In this document: piece by piece, positions 25,723-35,691 of the stretch
How the letters are laid out: each line of letters begins with the position of its first letter
Position numbering within the stretch: position 1 is the first letter of the stretch
Assembly: GCA_025922915.1 (NCBI GenBank)
Contig: JAICGY010000001.1
Location: 1 to 36,812 of the forward strand
Source of the DNA: Candidatus Methylomirabilota bacterium
GTDB taxonomy: Bacteria; Methylomirabilota; Methylomirabilia; Rokubacteriales; CSP1-6
Direction: 5' to 3'
DNA length: 36,812 nt
Position numbers and translations under genes: made by a program
Notes under the pieces: generated by a model
Told to the model about the DNA's origin: nothing
What the model saw: the letters and a program-made list of their open reading frames with translations, nothing else
The model's database searches: none

Positions 25723-26564
25723 GACGCGGCCGCCGCGCGGGGGACGAGACGGACGGCGCCGAGGTCGGCGACGACGACGTGGGCGCCGTGCTGCCGCAGG
25801 CGGTCGGCCTGGTCGCCCTCGCCCACCCCGACCACGAGGCCGAAGCCGCCCCGGCGGCCCGCCTCGACGCCGGCCGTGGCGTCCTCGAACACGACGCCGC
25901 GGGCCGGCGGGACGCCCAGCCGCCGCGCCGCCTCCAGGAACATCGCGGGATCGGGCTTGCCCGGTAGCCCCAGGCGCGCGACCTCGACGCCGTCGACCCG
26001 GGCCTGGAACAGGTCCGTCAGCCGCGTGACGCGCAGGATGGCCGCGGTGTTCCGGCTGGAGGACACGACGGCGGTCCGCACGCCGCGGGCCCGGGCCTCC
26101 CGCACCAGGGCCACGGCCGAGGCGTACACGCGCACGCCCTCCTCCTCGAGCAAGGCGAGAAAGTAGCGATTCTTGCGCTTGCCCAGGCCGTGCACGGTGT
26201 CCCGGCTCGCCTCGTCCTGCGGCGTGCCCTCGGGCAGGCGGATCCCGCGCGACGCCAGGAAATCCCGGACGCCCGCGTGGCGGGGCTTGCCGTCCACGTG
26301 GGCCCGGTAGTCGGCGACGATGTCGAACGGCACGAACGGCGTCCCCGTCCGGCCCGCGTGGGCGGCGAGGTGATCGTCGAAGAGTCTCTTCCACGCCGAG
26401 GCGTGCAGCCCCGCCGTCCGGGTGATCACGCCGTCGAGGTCGAACAGGAAGCCGGCGAAGACGTCCAGGTCGATGACCACGGTATCGCGATTGTCCCACG
26501 ATGGCATCGGGGGCCGCGCGTCCGGGGCCGGGCTCGGCCCGGTGGCATCCTGCACTCGACCCAT
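25719..26564 (-). CDS. HAD-superfamily hydrolase, beta-phosphoglucomutase-like
   Basis: 281 aa. FLFDLDGVITRT (DxDG nucleophile motif), VSSSRN, GKPDPAMFLEAA, and FEDATAGVEAG. Its stop overlaps the GH65 GTG (GTGA). The start could be Met20 (ATG 26507). Confidence 0.85.
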   Translation of the reverse strand: MGRVQDATGPSPAPDARPPMPSWDNRDTVVIDLDVFAGFLFDLDGVITRTAGLHASAWKRLFDDHLAAHAGRTGTPFVPFDIVADYRAHVDGKPRHAGVRDFLASRGIRLPEGTPQDEASRDTVHGLGKRKNRYFLALLEEEGVRVYASAVALVREARARGVRTAVVSSSRNTAAILRVTRLTDLFQARVDGVEVARLGLPGKPDPAMFLEAARRLGVPPARGVVFEDATAGVEAGRRGGFGLVVGVGEGDQADRLRQHGAHVVVADLGAVRLVPRAAAAS

Positions 26565-27131
26565 GAACGGACCCGTTCACATTCTCGGCATCGCCGGCAG
26601 TCTCCGTCGCGGATCCTACAATCGGGCCGCCGTGCGGGCCGCCGCGGGGCTCCCGCCCGAAGGGGCGACGCTCGACATCTTCGAGCTCGACGGCAACCCC
26701 GGCTTCAACCCGGACGACGAGCAGGCGCCGCCGGCCAGGGTCGTGGAGCTCAAGCGCCGCCTCCGTGAGGCGGATGCCGTCCTGATCGTGACGCCGGAGT
26801 ACAAAACTCCGTCCCGGGGGTGTTGAAGAACGCGATCGACTGGGCGTCCCGGCCGTACGGGGACAGCGCCTGGTCCGGAAAGCCGGCGGCGATCATGGGC
26901 GCATCGATCGGGACGCTCGGCACGGCGCGCGCCCAGTACCACCTGCGCCAGATGTTCGTCTACCTGAACATGTTCCCCGTCAACCAGCCGGAGGTGATGA
27001 TCGGCAAGGCCGCCACGCGGTTCGACGCCGAGGGCAACCTGACGGACGAGGCGACGAAGGACTTCATCCGCCAGCTGCTCGCCAATCTCGTGATGTGGAC
27101 GCACCGGCTCCGGCCATCGGGAGGGCCGTAG
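26563..27131 (+). pseudogene. NAD(P)H-dependent FMN reductase (YieF/ChrR-like), interrupted by a frameshift in an A4 run
   Basis: The N-terminal half, MNGPVHILGIAGSLRRGSYNRAA...ADAVLIVTPEYK, stops at 26824-26826. The C-terminal half continues in another frame as SVPGVLKNAIDWASRPYG...GKPAAIMGAS...QPEVMIGKA. The canonical motif is TPEYNxSxPGxLKNAxDW. The shift sits at the AAAA at 26803-26806. Confidence 0.75.
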
Positions 27132-27144
27132 GCGACCGGCGCGC

Positions 27145-27585
27145 TCACCCGTCCGGCGTGAGAGGCAGCCGCCGTGCGATGAGGGACAGCAGGGGGCGCT
27201 GGGCGACCGCGCCCGCGACGAGCGCCAGGCCGACCGTCACGAGCACGGACCCGATGAGGAGGCGCAGGGTGAGCAGGAGGGCGCGCCCCGACAGGTCGAC
27301 CTGATCCCGGAGATCCCGGAGGAGCGCCCGCTCGAGCGCCGTCGTGGCGTCGATGGCGGCCAGGTGCGCGAGCCGGGGCTCGACGAGCGCGGCGAGCCGG
27401 GCGACCGGGCGGTCGGGGGCCCGGACCTCCTCGGCGATCGGGGTGGCCCGCAGCCGCTCGACGGCCCACAGCGAGTACGCCCCGCCGAGGAGGAAGCACG
27501 CGAGCCCGATGACGAGCGCGATCCGGCCCCGGCCCCGGGCGCGCGTGACGAGCCGCCGCTCCCCGGGCGTCAGCGCCCCGCTCAC
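27145..27585 (-). CDS. Hypothetical two-TM membrane protein, translationally coupled to the PaaK-like ligase
   Basis: Tail of junk track ORF 27145..28794. GTG 27585 overlaps the ligase stop (GTGA). VSGALTPGERRLVTRARGRGRIALVIGLACFLLGGAYSLWAV ... ALLLTLRLLIGSVLVTVGLALVAGAV. High third-position GC in this frame. No family recognised. Confidence 0.55.
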   Translation of the reverse strand: MSGALTPGERRLVTRARGRGRIALVIGLACFLLGGAYSLWAVERLRATPIAEEVRAPDRPVARLAALVEPRLAHLAAIDATTALERALLRDLRDQVDLSGRALLLTLRLLIGSVLVTVGLALVAGAVAQRPLLSLIARRLPLTPDG

Positions 27586-28847
27586 CGGCGCACGACCCGG
27601 CGCGCCTTCAGCTCCCACCGGGGCAGGCTGCCGGCCGGGACCGGCGCCACCTCGAGCCGGATCCCGAGCGCGGCGCGCAGCGCCTCCTGCACGGGCCGGG
27701 CGCCGTGATCGCCGCCGTCGACCTCGAGCAGCACGCGCACCTGGTCGAGCTCGCCGTCGCGGAACACCTCGATCTGGAACTCCTCCACGGGGAAGCGCCG
27801 CACGACGGCCTCGATGGCCGAGGGGAAGACGTTGACGCCGCGGACGATCAGCATGTCGTCCAGGCGGCCCAGGATCCCGCCCTCCAGCCGCAGGAAGGTC
27901 TGGCCGCAGGCGCAGGGACGGTCGGCGACGCGCACCCGGTCGCCCGTGCAGTAGCGGATCAGCGGCGATCCGGCGCGCCCGAGGTTCGTGAGCACGAGCT
28001 CGCCCTCGCGGGCGGCCGCCCCCGTGGCGGGATCGAGCACCTCCGCGATGAACTCCGTCTCGTTGACGTGCAGCCCCGCCTGGGCCTCGCACTCGTAGCC
28101 GTACGCTCCCATCTCCGTCATCCCGGCATGGTCGTAGGCCCGGGCGCCCCAGCCCGCCTCGATGCGCGCCCGCACGGCGGGGATGCCGGCGCCGGGCTCG
28201 CCGGCGTGGACGGTCACGCGGATGGGCAGCTTGGCGGCGTCGATGCCCTGCTCGCGCGCCACCTCGAGCAGGTGGAGCGCGTAGGAGGGCGTGCACACCA
28301 GGACGGTGGCGCCGAGCGACTCCATGCACGCCAGGCGCGTGCGCGAGTCCTGCCCGCCGCCCGGGATGACGAGGGCGCCGAGCGCGCGCGCGCCCTCGAA
28401 CCCGCCCCAGAAGCCCACGAACAGGCCGAACGAGAACGGCACGAAGACGCGGTCGGCGGGACCGACGCCCGCGCCGCGCAGCACGACGGACCAGCAGCGG
28501 GCCCACCACTCCCACGACTCCTGGGTGTCGAGCCAGCGCAGGGGCACCCCGCTGGTGCCCGAGGTCTGGTGCACGCGCACGTACCGCTCCAGCGGGTACG
28601 TGAGGTTGGTGCCGAACGGCGCGTGGGCGGCCTGGTCCGCCGCCAGCTCGGCCTTCCGGGTCAGGGGCAGGCGCGCGAGATCCTCGGGGCCGCGCAGGTC
28701 GTCGGCGCGTTCGAGGCCGGCCGCCCGCCACTTCGCGGTCCAGAAGGGATTGCGGCCGAGCACCTCGGCCGCGAGCGCGCGGAGCCGCCGCCACTGGTGG
28801 TCGCGCAGCCGCTCCCCATCCAGGCGCTCGGCCACGGGCGCGTCCAC
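27582..28847 (-). CDS. PaaK-like (phenylacetate-CoA ligase / F390-synthetase family) adenylate-forming enzyme, substrate unknown
   Basis: Tail of track ORF 27582..30125. GTG 28847 lies 2 nt after the upstream stop. Motifs: VHQTSGTSGVPLRW, YDHAGMTEMG, YCTGD, and LIVRGVNVFP. About 421 aa. Confidence 0.85.
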   Translation of the reverse strand: MDAPVAERLDGERLRDHQWRRLRALAAEVLGRNPFWTAKWRAAGLERADDLRGPEDLARLPLTRKAELAADQAAHAPFGTNLTYPLERYVRVHQTSGTSGVPLRWLDTQESWEWWARCWSVVLRGAGVGPADRVFVPFSFGLFVGFWGGFEGARALGALVIPGGGQDSRTRLACMESLGATVLVCTPSYALHLLEVAREQGIDAAKLPIRVTVHAGEPGAGIPAVRARIEAGWGARAYDHAGMTEMGAYGYECEAQAGLHVNETEFIAEVLDPATGAAAREGELVLTNLGRAGSPLIRYCTGDRVRVADRPCACGQTFLRLEGGILGRLDDMLIVRGVNVFPSAIEAVVRRFPVEEFQIEVFRDGELDQVRVLLEVDGGDHGARPVQEALRAALGIRLEVAPVPAGSLPRWELKARRVVRR

Positions 28848-28849
28848 GC

Positions 28850-30400
28850 TCAGCCCCGCAGCTTGAACCGCTGGATCTTGCCCGTCGCCGTCTTCGGCAG
28901 CTCGGGCACGAACTCGATCCAGCGCGGGTACTTGTACGGGGCGATCTTGTCCTTGACGAACGCCTTGAGCTCCTCGGCCAGCGCCGGCCCGGCCGCCGCC
29001 GCGTCGTGGAGCACGACGAACGCCTGGGGCTTCACGAGCCGCTCCTCGTCCTCCTTGCCCACCACGGCCGCCTCGAGCACGGCGGGGTGGCGCACGAGCG
29101 TCGCCTCCACCTCCACCGGCGAGACCCAGATGCCGCCGACCTTCAGCATGTCGTCGGCGCGCCCGGCGTACCAGAAGTAGCCGTCCTCGTCCTGGCGGTA
29201 CTTGTCGCCCGTCTGGATCCAGGGGCCGAAGAGCGTCTCCTTGGTCTTCTCGTGCTTGTTCCAGTAGAAGGCCATGATGGAGTCGCCCTTCACGCGCAGG
29301 TTGCCGATCTCGCCGCGCGGCACCGGCCGGCCGTCGTCGTCGACCACGATGGCCTCGTAGCCGGGAACGACCTGGCCCGAGGAGCCGGGCCGCGCGGCGC
29401 CCGGCCGGTTCGAGAGGAAGATGTGCAGGATCTCGGTGGTGCCGATACCGTCGATGACCTCCACGCCGAAGCGCTCGCGCCACCGCTTGTAGATCTCGTC
29501 CGGCAGCGCCTCGCCCGCCGACACGCAGAGCCGCAGCGAGGAGCAGTCGAAGCGGCGCTCCGCCTCCTTGACGGCCAGCATCCCGGCGTAGAGGGTCGGC
29601 ACGCCGAAGAAGATCGTCGGCCGCCGCCGCGCGATCAGGTCGAAGACGCTCTCCGGCGTGGGCCGGTGCGGGAAGAGCACGCTCTCGGCGCCGGCGCCCA
29701 TGGGGAAGTAGCCGGCGTTGCCCAGCCCGTAGGCGAAGAAGAGCTTGGCGGCGGAGTAGCAGCGGTCGTCGGAACGGAGGCCCAGGACCTGCTTCGCGTA
29801 GGTCTCCTGGCACACCACCATGTCGTGGTGCAGGTGCACGGCGCCCTTCGGGAAACCGGTCGACCCGGACGAGTAGAGCCAGAACGCGGCGTCGTCCCGC
29901 GACGTCGGGGCGGGGTCGAGCCGGGACGAGGCCCGGGCGACCCGCTCCTCGTAGGCGTGGTAGGGGCCGGCGGGCCCGCCGGCGACCCGCACGTGCTGGA
30001 GAAAGGGCGACTGGCCGAGGGCGGGGCCGGCCTCGCCGAGCAGGGCGGCGGAGACGACGGCCACCTTCGCCCGGCTGTCGCGCAGGAAGTAGACGTAGTC
30101 GGCGGTCCGCATGAGCGTGTTGCACGGGACGGGTACGGCGCCGATCTTGATTGCCCCCCAGAAGGCGCCGAGGAACTCGGGGGCGTCCAGGCAGAGGACG
30201 AGCACGCGGTCCTCCATGCGCACGCCCAGGTCGAGCAGCGCATTGCCCGTCCGGTTCGTCAGGTCCTGGACGTCGCCGTAGGTCAGGACGCGGTCCTCGT
30301 AGTGGAAGGCGGGGCGCGCGGCCCGCCCGTCCTCGACGTGGCGATCCACGAACCAGGTCGCGACGTTGAACTCGGCGGGCAGCGTCTCGGCGGCGTTCAT
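28850..30400 (-). CDS. Benzoate-CoA / 4-hydroxybenzoate-CoA ligase family (AMP-forming)
   Basis: Start at ATG 30400 (MNAAETLPAEFNVATWFVDRH), with GGGAGG 6-7 nt upstream. Motifs: LYSSGSTGFPKGAVH, KLFFAYGLGN, YQTGD-like WIQTGDKY, GRADDMLKVGGIWVSP, and PKTATGKIQRFKLR. 516 aa. Confidence 0.88.
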   Translation of the reverse strand: MNAAETLPAEFNVATWFVDRHVEDGRAARPAFHYEDRVLTYGDVQDLTNRTGNALLDLGVRMEDRVLVLCLDAPEFLGAFWGAIKIGAVPVPCNTLMRTADYVYFLRDSRAKVAVVSAALLGEAGPALGQSPFLQHVRVAGGPAGPYHAYEERVARASSRLDPAPTSRDDAAFWLYSSGSTGFPKGAVHLHHDMVVCQETYAKQVLGLRSDDRCYSAAKLFFAYGLGNAGYFPMGAGAESVLFPHRPTPESVFDLIARRRPTIFFGVPTLYAGMLAVKEAERRFDCSSLRLCVSAGEALPDEIYKRWRERFGVEVIDGIGTTEILHIFLSNRPGAARPGSSGQVVPGYEAIVVDDDGRPVPRGEIGNLRVKGDSIMAFYWNKHEKTKETLFGPWIQTGDKYRQDEDGYFWYAGRADDMLKVGGIWVSPVEVEATLVRHPAVLEAAVVGKEDEERLVKPQAFVVLHDAAAAGPALAEELKAFVKDKIAPYKYPRWIEFVPELPKTATGKIQRFKLRG

Positions 30401-30480
30401 CGGGCGCCTCCCTGTGCAGCGCGTTTCACTGTGTCGATGGCACCGGCCTTGCTCTTTACCCCGCGCGGAGGAGGTGGCCC

Positions 30481-30912
30481 ATGAAGCGTACCGCACTGGC
30501 AATCCTCGTCCTCGCGCTCGTCGCGGGGCTGGTCGGCTCGGCCGCAGCGCAGCAGCCCCCGGACAGCAGCCCGAAGGCGCCGGCGTCCGGGAGCACCCCG
30601 GGCACGACCGAGAGCAAGTCGACCGACGTCAACGTCAACGTGGGCGGCTCGGGGGCGCCGAGCAGCCCCGGCACCGCACCCGGGGCCAAGGCTCCGGACG
30701 TGAAGATCGACAGCAAGACCGAGATCCGCAACGGCGGCGACAGCGGCGGGTCGGCGCTGCCCCGCGCGGCGGCGAGCGACCGCACGACGATCTTCGGGCT
30801 CAGCCCGACGGCCGCCGTCATCCTGGCCGCCGCCCTGCTCGTGGTCGTGATCCTCGCCATCGTGGCCATGACCCGGACGTCGACCACCACCATCGACGAT
30901 CATCGGCTCTAG
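30481..30912 (+). CDS. Secreted low-complexity (Ser/Pro/Gly/Thr-rich) protein with a C-terminal membrane anchor; hypothetical
   Basis: 143 aa. GGAGGAGG SD. Signal peptide MKRTALAILVLALVAGLVGSAAAQ, a disordered middle section, and C-terminal TTIFGLSPTAAVILAAALLVVVILAIVAM. High third-position GC. Confidence 0.7.
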   Translation: MKRTALAILVLALVAGLVGSAAAQQPPDSSPKAPASGSTPGTTESKSTDVNVNVGGSGAPSSPGTAPGAKAPDVKIDSKTEIRNGGDSGGSALPRAAASDRTTIFGLSPTAAVILAAALLVVVILAIVAMTRTSTTTIDDHRL

Positions 30913-31009
30913 AGCCGCACCGGATCGCCGGGCCGCGGGCTCGGCGAGGCGCCGGCGAGGCGCGGGGCAGGCCCCCCCGTCCCGTCCTCGCCGGCGTTCC
31001 GCGAGCCGC

Positions 31010-32448
31010 TCAGCGGCCCGCCTCGTCCGGTGACGCACGCCGCACGTACTCGAAGTCGACCGGCCGGCCGTTGATGCCCCGCGCCGGCGGCGCGATCCAG
31101 CCGGCGAACTTCCCCGGCTCCACGACCGGCCTCATCAGGCTCGCGACGTACGCGTAGTCGTCCGGCGTCGGCAGCCACTCGGGCTTGCGGGCGTCCCACT
31201 CCGCCTCGCTGATGATGCGCCCGTCGGGCGAGACGCGCAGCTCGGCGAAGTTGCCGATGGCCCGGTGGAAGCCCCGGTGGGGCAGCCGCAGCTCGGCGTC
31301 GATGCCGTGCTTGTGGATGACCGCGTTCCACCGGTCGACGCCGCGCTGGCAATCGGCGATGTAGTCGTCCCGCAGCCGCTCGTTGAGGGCGAGGAGGGCG
31401 GGCTCCTCGACGGCCTTCATGGCGTCGCCGCCCGGCACCGTCACCGTGTAGGTGGCGTCCTTCAGCACGTGGTCGTCGGCCTTCTTCGTCTCCTCGAACC
31501 GCCCCTTGAGGCCGGCCGTGAAGAAGTTGGCGGCGTTCGTGGAGATCTCGGAGCCGAAGAGGTCGAGCGAGACCGAGTAGTGGAAGTTCAGGTAGCGCTG
31601 GAGCGTCCCGAGGCCGATCCCGCCGTACCGCCGCACGTCGTCGGTCCGGTGCTCCCGCATCAGCTCGCACGTCCGCTGCACCACGCGCCCGATGCCCGTC
31701 TCGCCGATGAACATGTGGTGGGCTTCCTCGGTGAGCATGAAGCGGCACGTGCGCGCGAGCGGATCGAACCCGCTCTCCGCGAGCGAGGCGAGCTGGTACT
31801 TGCCGTCCCGGTCGGTGAAGAAGCAGAAGAAGAAGTACGCCAGCCAGTCCGGCGTCCGCTCGTTGAAGGCCCCGAGGATGCGCGGCCGGTCGGTGTCCCC
31901 CGAGCGCCGCTGGAGCAGCGCCTCCGCCTCCTCGCGCCCGTCGCGCCCGAAGTGGGCGTGGAGCAGGTAGACCATCGCCCACAGGTGGCGGCCCTCCTCG
32001 ACGTTCACCTGGAAGATGTTCCGGAGATCGTAGAGCGACGGCGTCGTCCGCCCCAGGTGACGCTGTTGCTCGACGGAGGCGGGCTCGGTGTCGCCCTGGG
32101 TGACGATGAGCCGGCGCAGGGTGCCGCGGTGCTCGCCGGGCACGTCCTGCCACGCCGGCTGCCCCTTGTGCTGCCCGAAGGCGATCGCGCGCCCGGGCTC
32201 GGGCTCGGCCAGGAAGATGCCCCAGCGGTACTCGGGCATCCGGACGTAGTCGAAGTGGGCCCAGCCCTGGGGGTCGACGCTGACGGCCGTCCGAAGATAG
32301 ACCTGGTCGGCCTGGAAGCCGTCGGGCCCCATCTGCCGCCACCACTCGAGGTAGCGCGGCTGCCACTCCTCGAGCGCCCGGAGCAGCCGGCGGTCGTCCG
32401 CGAGCCTGACGTTGTTGGGGATCCGCTCGGTGTAGTCGACGCCGGCCA

Positions 32449-32449
<1 letters not shown>
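31010..32449 (-). CDS. boxB: Benzoyl-CoA 2,3-epoxidase, diiron oxygenase subunit BoxB
   Basis: Start at ATG 32449 (MAGVDYTERIPNNV). 479 aa. QVNVEEGRHLWAM and MLTEEAHHMF are the two ExxH diiron motifs. The overall collinearity matches my recollection of Azoarcus BoxB (~473 aa). The junction with boxC is TGATG, a 1-nt overlap. Confidence 0.9.
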
Positions 32450-34125
<1,676 letters not shown>

Positions 34126-34132
34126 ACCATCC

Positions 34133-34681
34133 TCACCCGAGGATCACCCACAGGACCCGGGCCCTGGTGGAGCCGAGGTTCTCCCAGCCGTGCGGCAGCC
34201 CGCCGTCGAGGAGGGCGCTGTCGCCGGCGAGGAGCCGGTGTCGCTCGCCGTTGTACTGCAGCGCCACCGTGCCGTCCAGGACGTAGAAGAGCTTCATCTG
34301 GCCGGGCTTGATCACGACCTTGTCCGTCGCCACGCCGCGCGAGCGGGGGCCGAGGGTGGCCTCCACCGCCCGGATCTTGCCCTCGAACAGTCCGGCCCCC
34401 AGCACGGCCCAGGTCTCCGACGAGCCGTCGAAGGACACGCGGGGCCGGTCCTTGCGGCGCGTGATCTGGATCCGCGCGGGCGGCTGGCCGTCGAACAGCG
34501 AGGCGATCGGCACGCCGAGGGCGGCGGCGATACGCCCCACCGTGTGGAGCGACGGCGTCAGCCGGTTGGACTCGATCTGCGACACCATGCTGGGCGTCAG
34601 GTGGGCCTTCTCCGCGAGCTGCCGCTGCTGGAGCGCCTGCTCCTGACGGAGCGCCCGGATCCGCTCGCCGAGCGAGGTCAC
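34133..34681 (-). CDS. Transcriptional regulator: XRE-type HTH + C-terminal cupin domain
   Basis: Tail of track ORF 34133..35296. GTG 34681 overlaps the upstream stop (GTGA). LGERIRALRQEQALQQRQLAEKAHLTPSMVSQIESNRLTPSLHTVGRIAAALGV is the HTH_3 domain. KLFYVLDGTVALQYNGERHRLLAGDSALLDGGLPHGWEN is the cupin domain. Confidence 0.85.
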   Translation of the reverse strand: MTSLGERIRALRQEQALQQRQLAEKAHLTPSMVSQIESNRLTPSLHTVGRIAAALGVPIASLFDGQPPARIQITRRKDRPRVSFDGSSETWAVLGAGLFEGKIRAVEATLGPRSRGVATDKVVIKPGQMKLFYVLDGTVALQYNGERHRLLAGDSALLDGGLPHGWENLGSTRARVLWVILG

Positions 34682-35691
34682 GCCACGTCCTCCGCCGCGT
34701 CGGCGTCGAGCAGGCCGCCGGCCACCGCGAGCGCGCGGGCCACGTACACGCGCGTGACCTTCTTGCGGTACGGGTGCGTGAGATCGGTGTTGTCGAGCGG
34801 CTTGGACGGCGTCGTCGCGCGCCCCGCCGCCTCGTCGATGAGCGCCGGCGTCAGCCGCTGGCCGGCCAGGACCTCGGCCGCCCCCGGGGCCTCGCGCGGC
34901 TGGGAGGCCACGGCGCCCAGCACCACGCGGGCCTCGCGCACGACCTCCCCCTCCATGCGCAGGGCGGCCGCGACCCCGAGGACGGGGAAGTCGAAGGCGC
35001 CGCGGCGGCGCAGCTTCAGGTAGGCCGAGCGCCAGCCGTCGGCGGGCGGCAGGAGGATCTCGCCGAGCACCTCGTCCGGGCGCTTGCCGAGGTACTGGAT
35101 CCCGTCGTCGCGGAAGAGCTCGGCGATCCCGATCGTGCGCTCGCCCCCGGGCCCCACGAGGCGCACGCGCGCGCCGAGGGCCCACAGCGCGGGCGCCGTG
35201 TCGGAGGACGATACCGCCCAGCAGCGCCGGCTGCCGGGCGCGACCAGGCAGATGTCCCCGTCCTTCTTCATGCAGAAGCCGATCGCCTTCCGCCACTCGA
35301 ACGTCTGGTTATAGTAGTTGCAGCGCGTGTCCACGCACACGTTGCCGCCGATCGTGCCCATGTTCCGCAGCTGCGGCGAGGACACCACGCCGGCGGCCCG
35401 GGCGAGCCCCGGATAGCCGCGCGCGACCTCCGGATGCCGGGCGACCGCGGCGAGGGTCGTACACGCGCCGACCGCGAGCCCGTAACGCGCGCTGCCCCGC
35501 ACCCCGCGCAGCTCGCGGACGCCGCGCAGCCCCACCAGCGTCTTCGGCTCGAACTGCCGCCGCTTCATGTTCGGGAACAGGTCCGTTCCACCGGCCACCA
35601 GCATCCCGTCGGGCCCGGCCTCGGCCATCGCCCGCACCGCCTCGTCCACCGACCGGGCCGCCACGTACGCGAACGGCGGGAGCCTCAGCAC
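34678..35691 (-). CDS. FAD-binding medium subunit of a xanthine-dehydrogenase-family Mo enzyme, with a Cys-rich insertion like the HcrB subunit of 4-hydroxybenzoyl-CoA reductase
   Basis: Tail of track ORF 34678..36810. GTG 35691 (VLRLPPFAYVAARSVDEAV). FAD motif LVAGGTDLFPNMK. GGNVCVDTRCNYYNQTFEWRKAIGFCMKKDGDICLVAPGSRRC. About 337 aa, longer than the typical ~290-aa CoxM/XdhB-type subunit. Confidence 0.85.
   Translation of the reverse strand: MLRLPPFAYVAARSVDEAVRAMAEAGPDGMLVAGGTDLFPNMKRRQFEPKTLVGLRGVRELRGVRGSARYGLAVGACTTLAAVARHPEVARGYPGLARAAGVVSSPQLRNMGTIGGNVCVDTRCNYYNQTFEWRKAIGFCMKKDGDICLVAPGSRRCWAVSSSDTAPALWALGARVRLVGPGGERTIGIAELFRDDGIQYLGKRPDEVLGEILLPPADGWRSAYLKLRRRGAFDFPVLGVAAALRMEGEVVREARVVLGAVASQPREAPGAAEVLAGQRLTPALIDEAAGRATTPSKPLDNTDLTHPYRKKVTRVYVARALAVAGGLLDADAAEDVA

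Noticed and set aside
23299-26580. Track ORF of 1093 aa, which could be read as a fused HAD-GH65 protein
   Set aside because: The first ~290 residues in this frame are Arg/Pro/Gly junk. The real HAD motifs (DLDGVITRT, GKPDP, FEDA) lie in a different frame (25719..26564) that ends with a stop overlapping a GTG. These are therefore two coupled genes, not a fusion.
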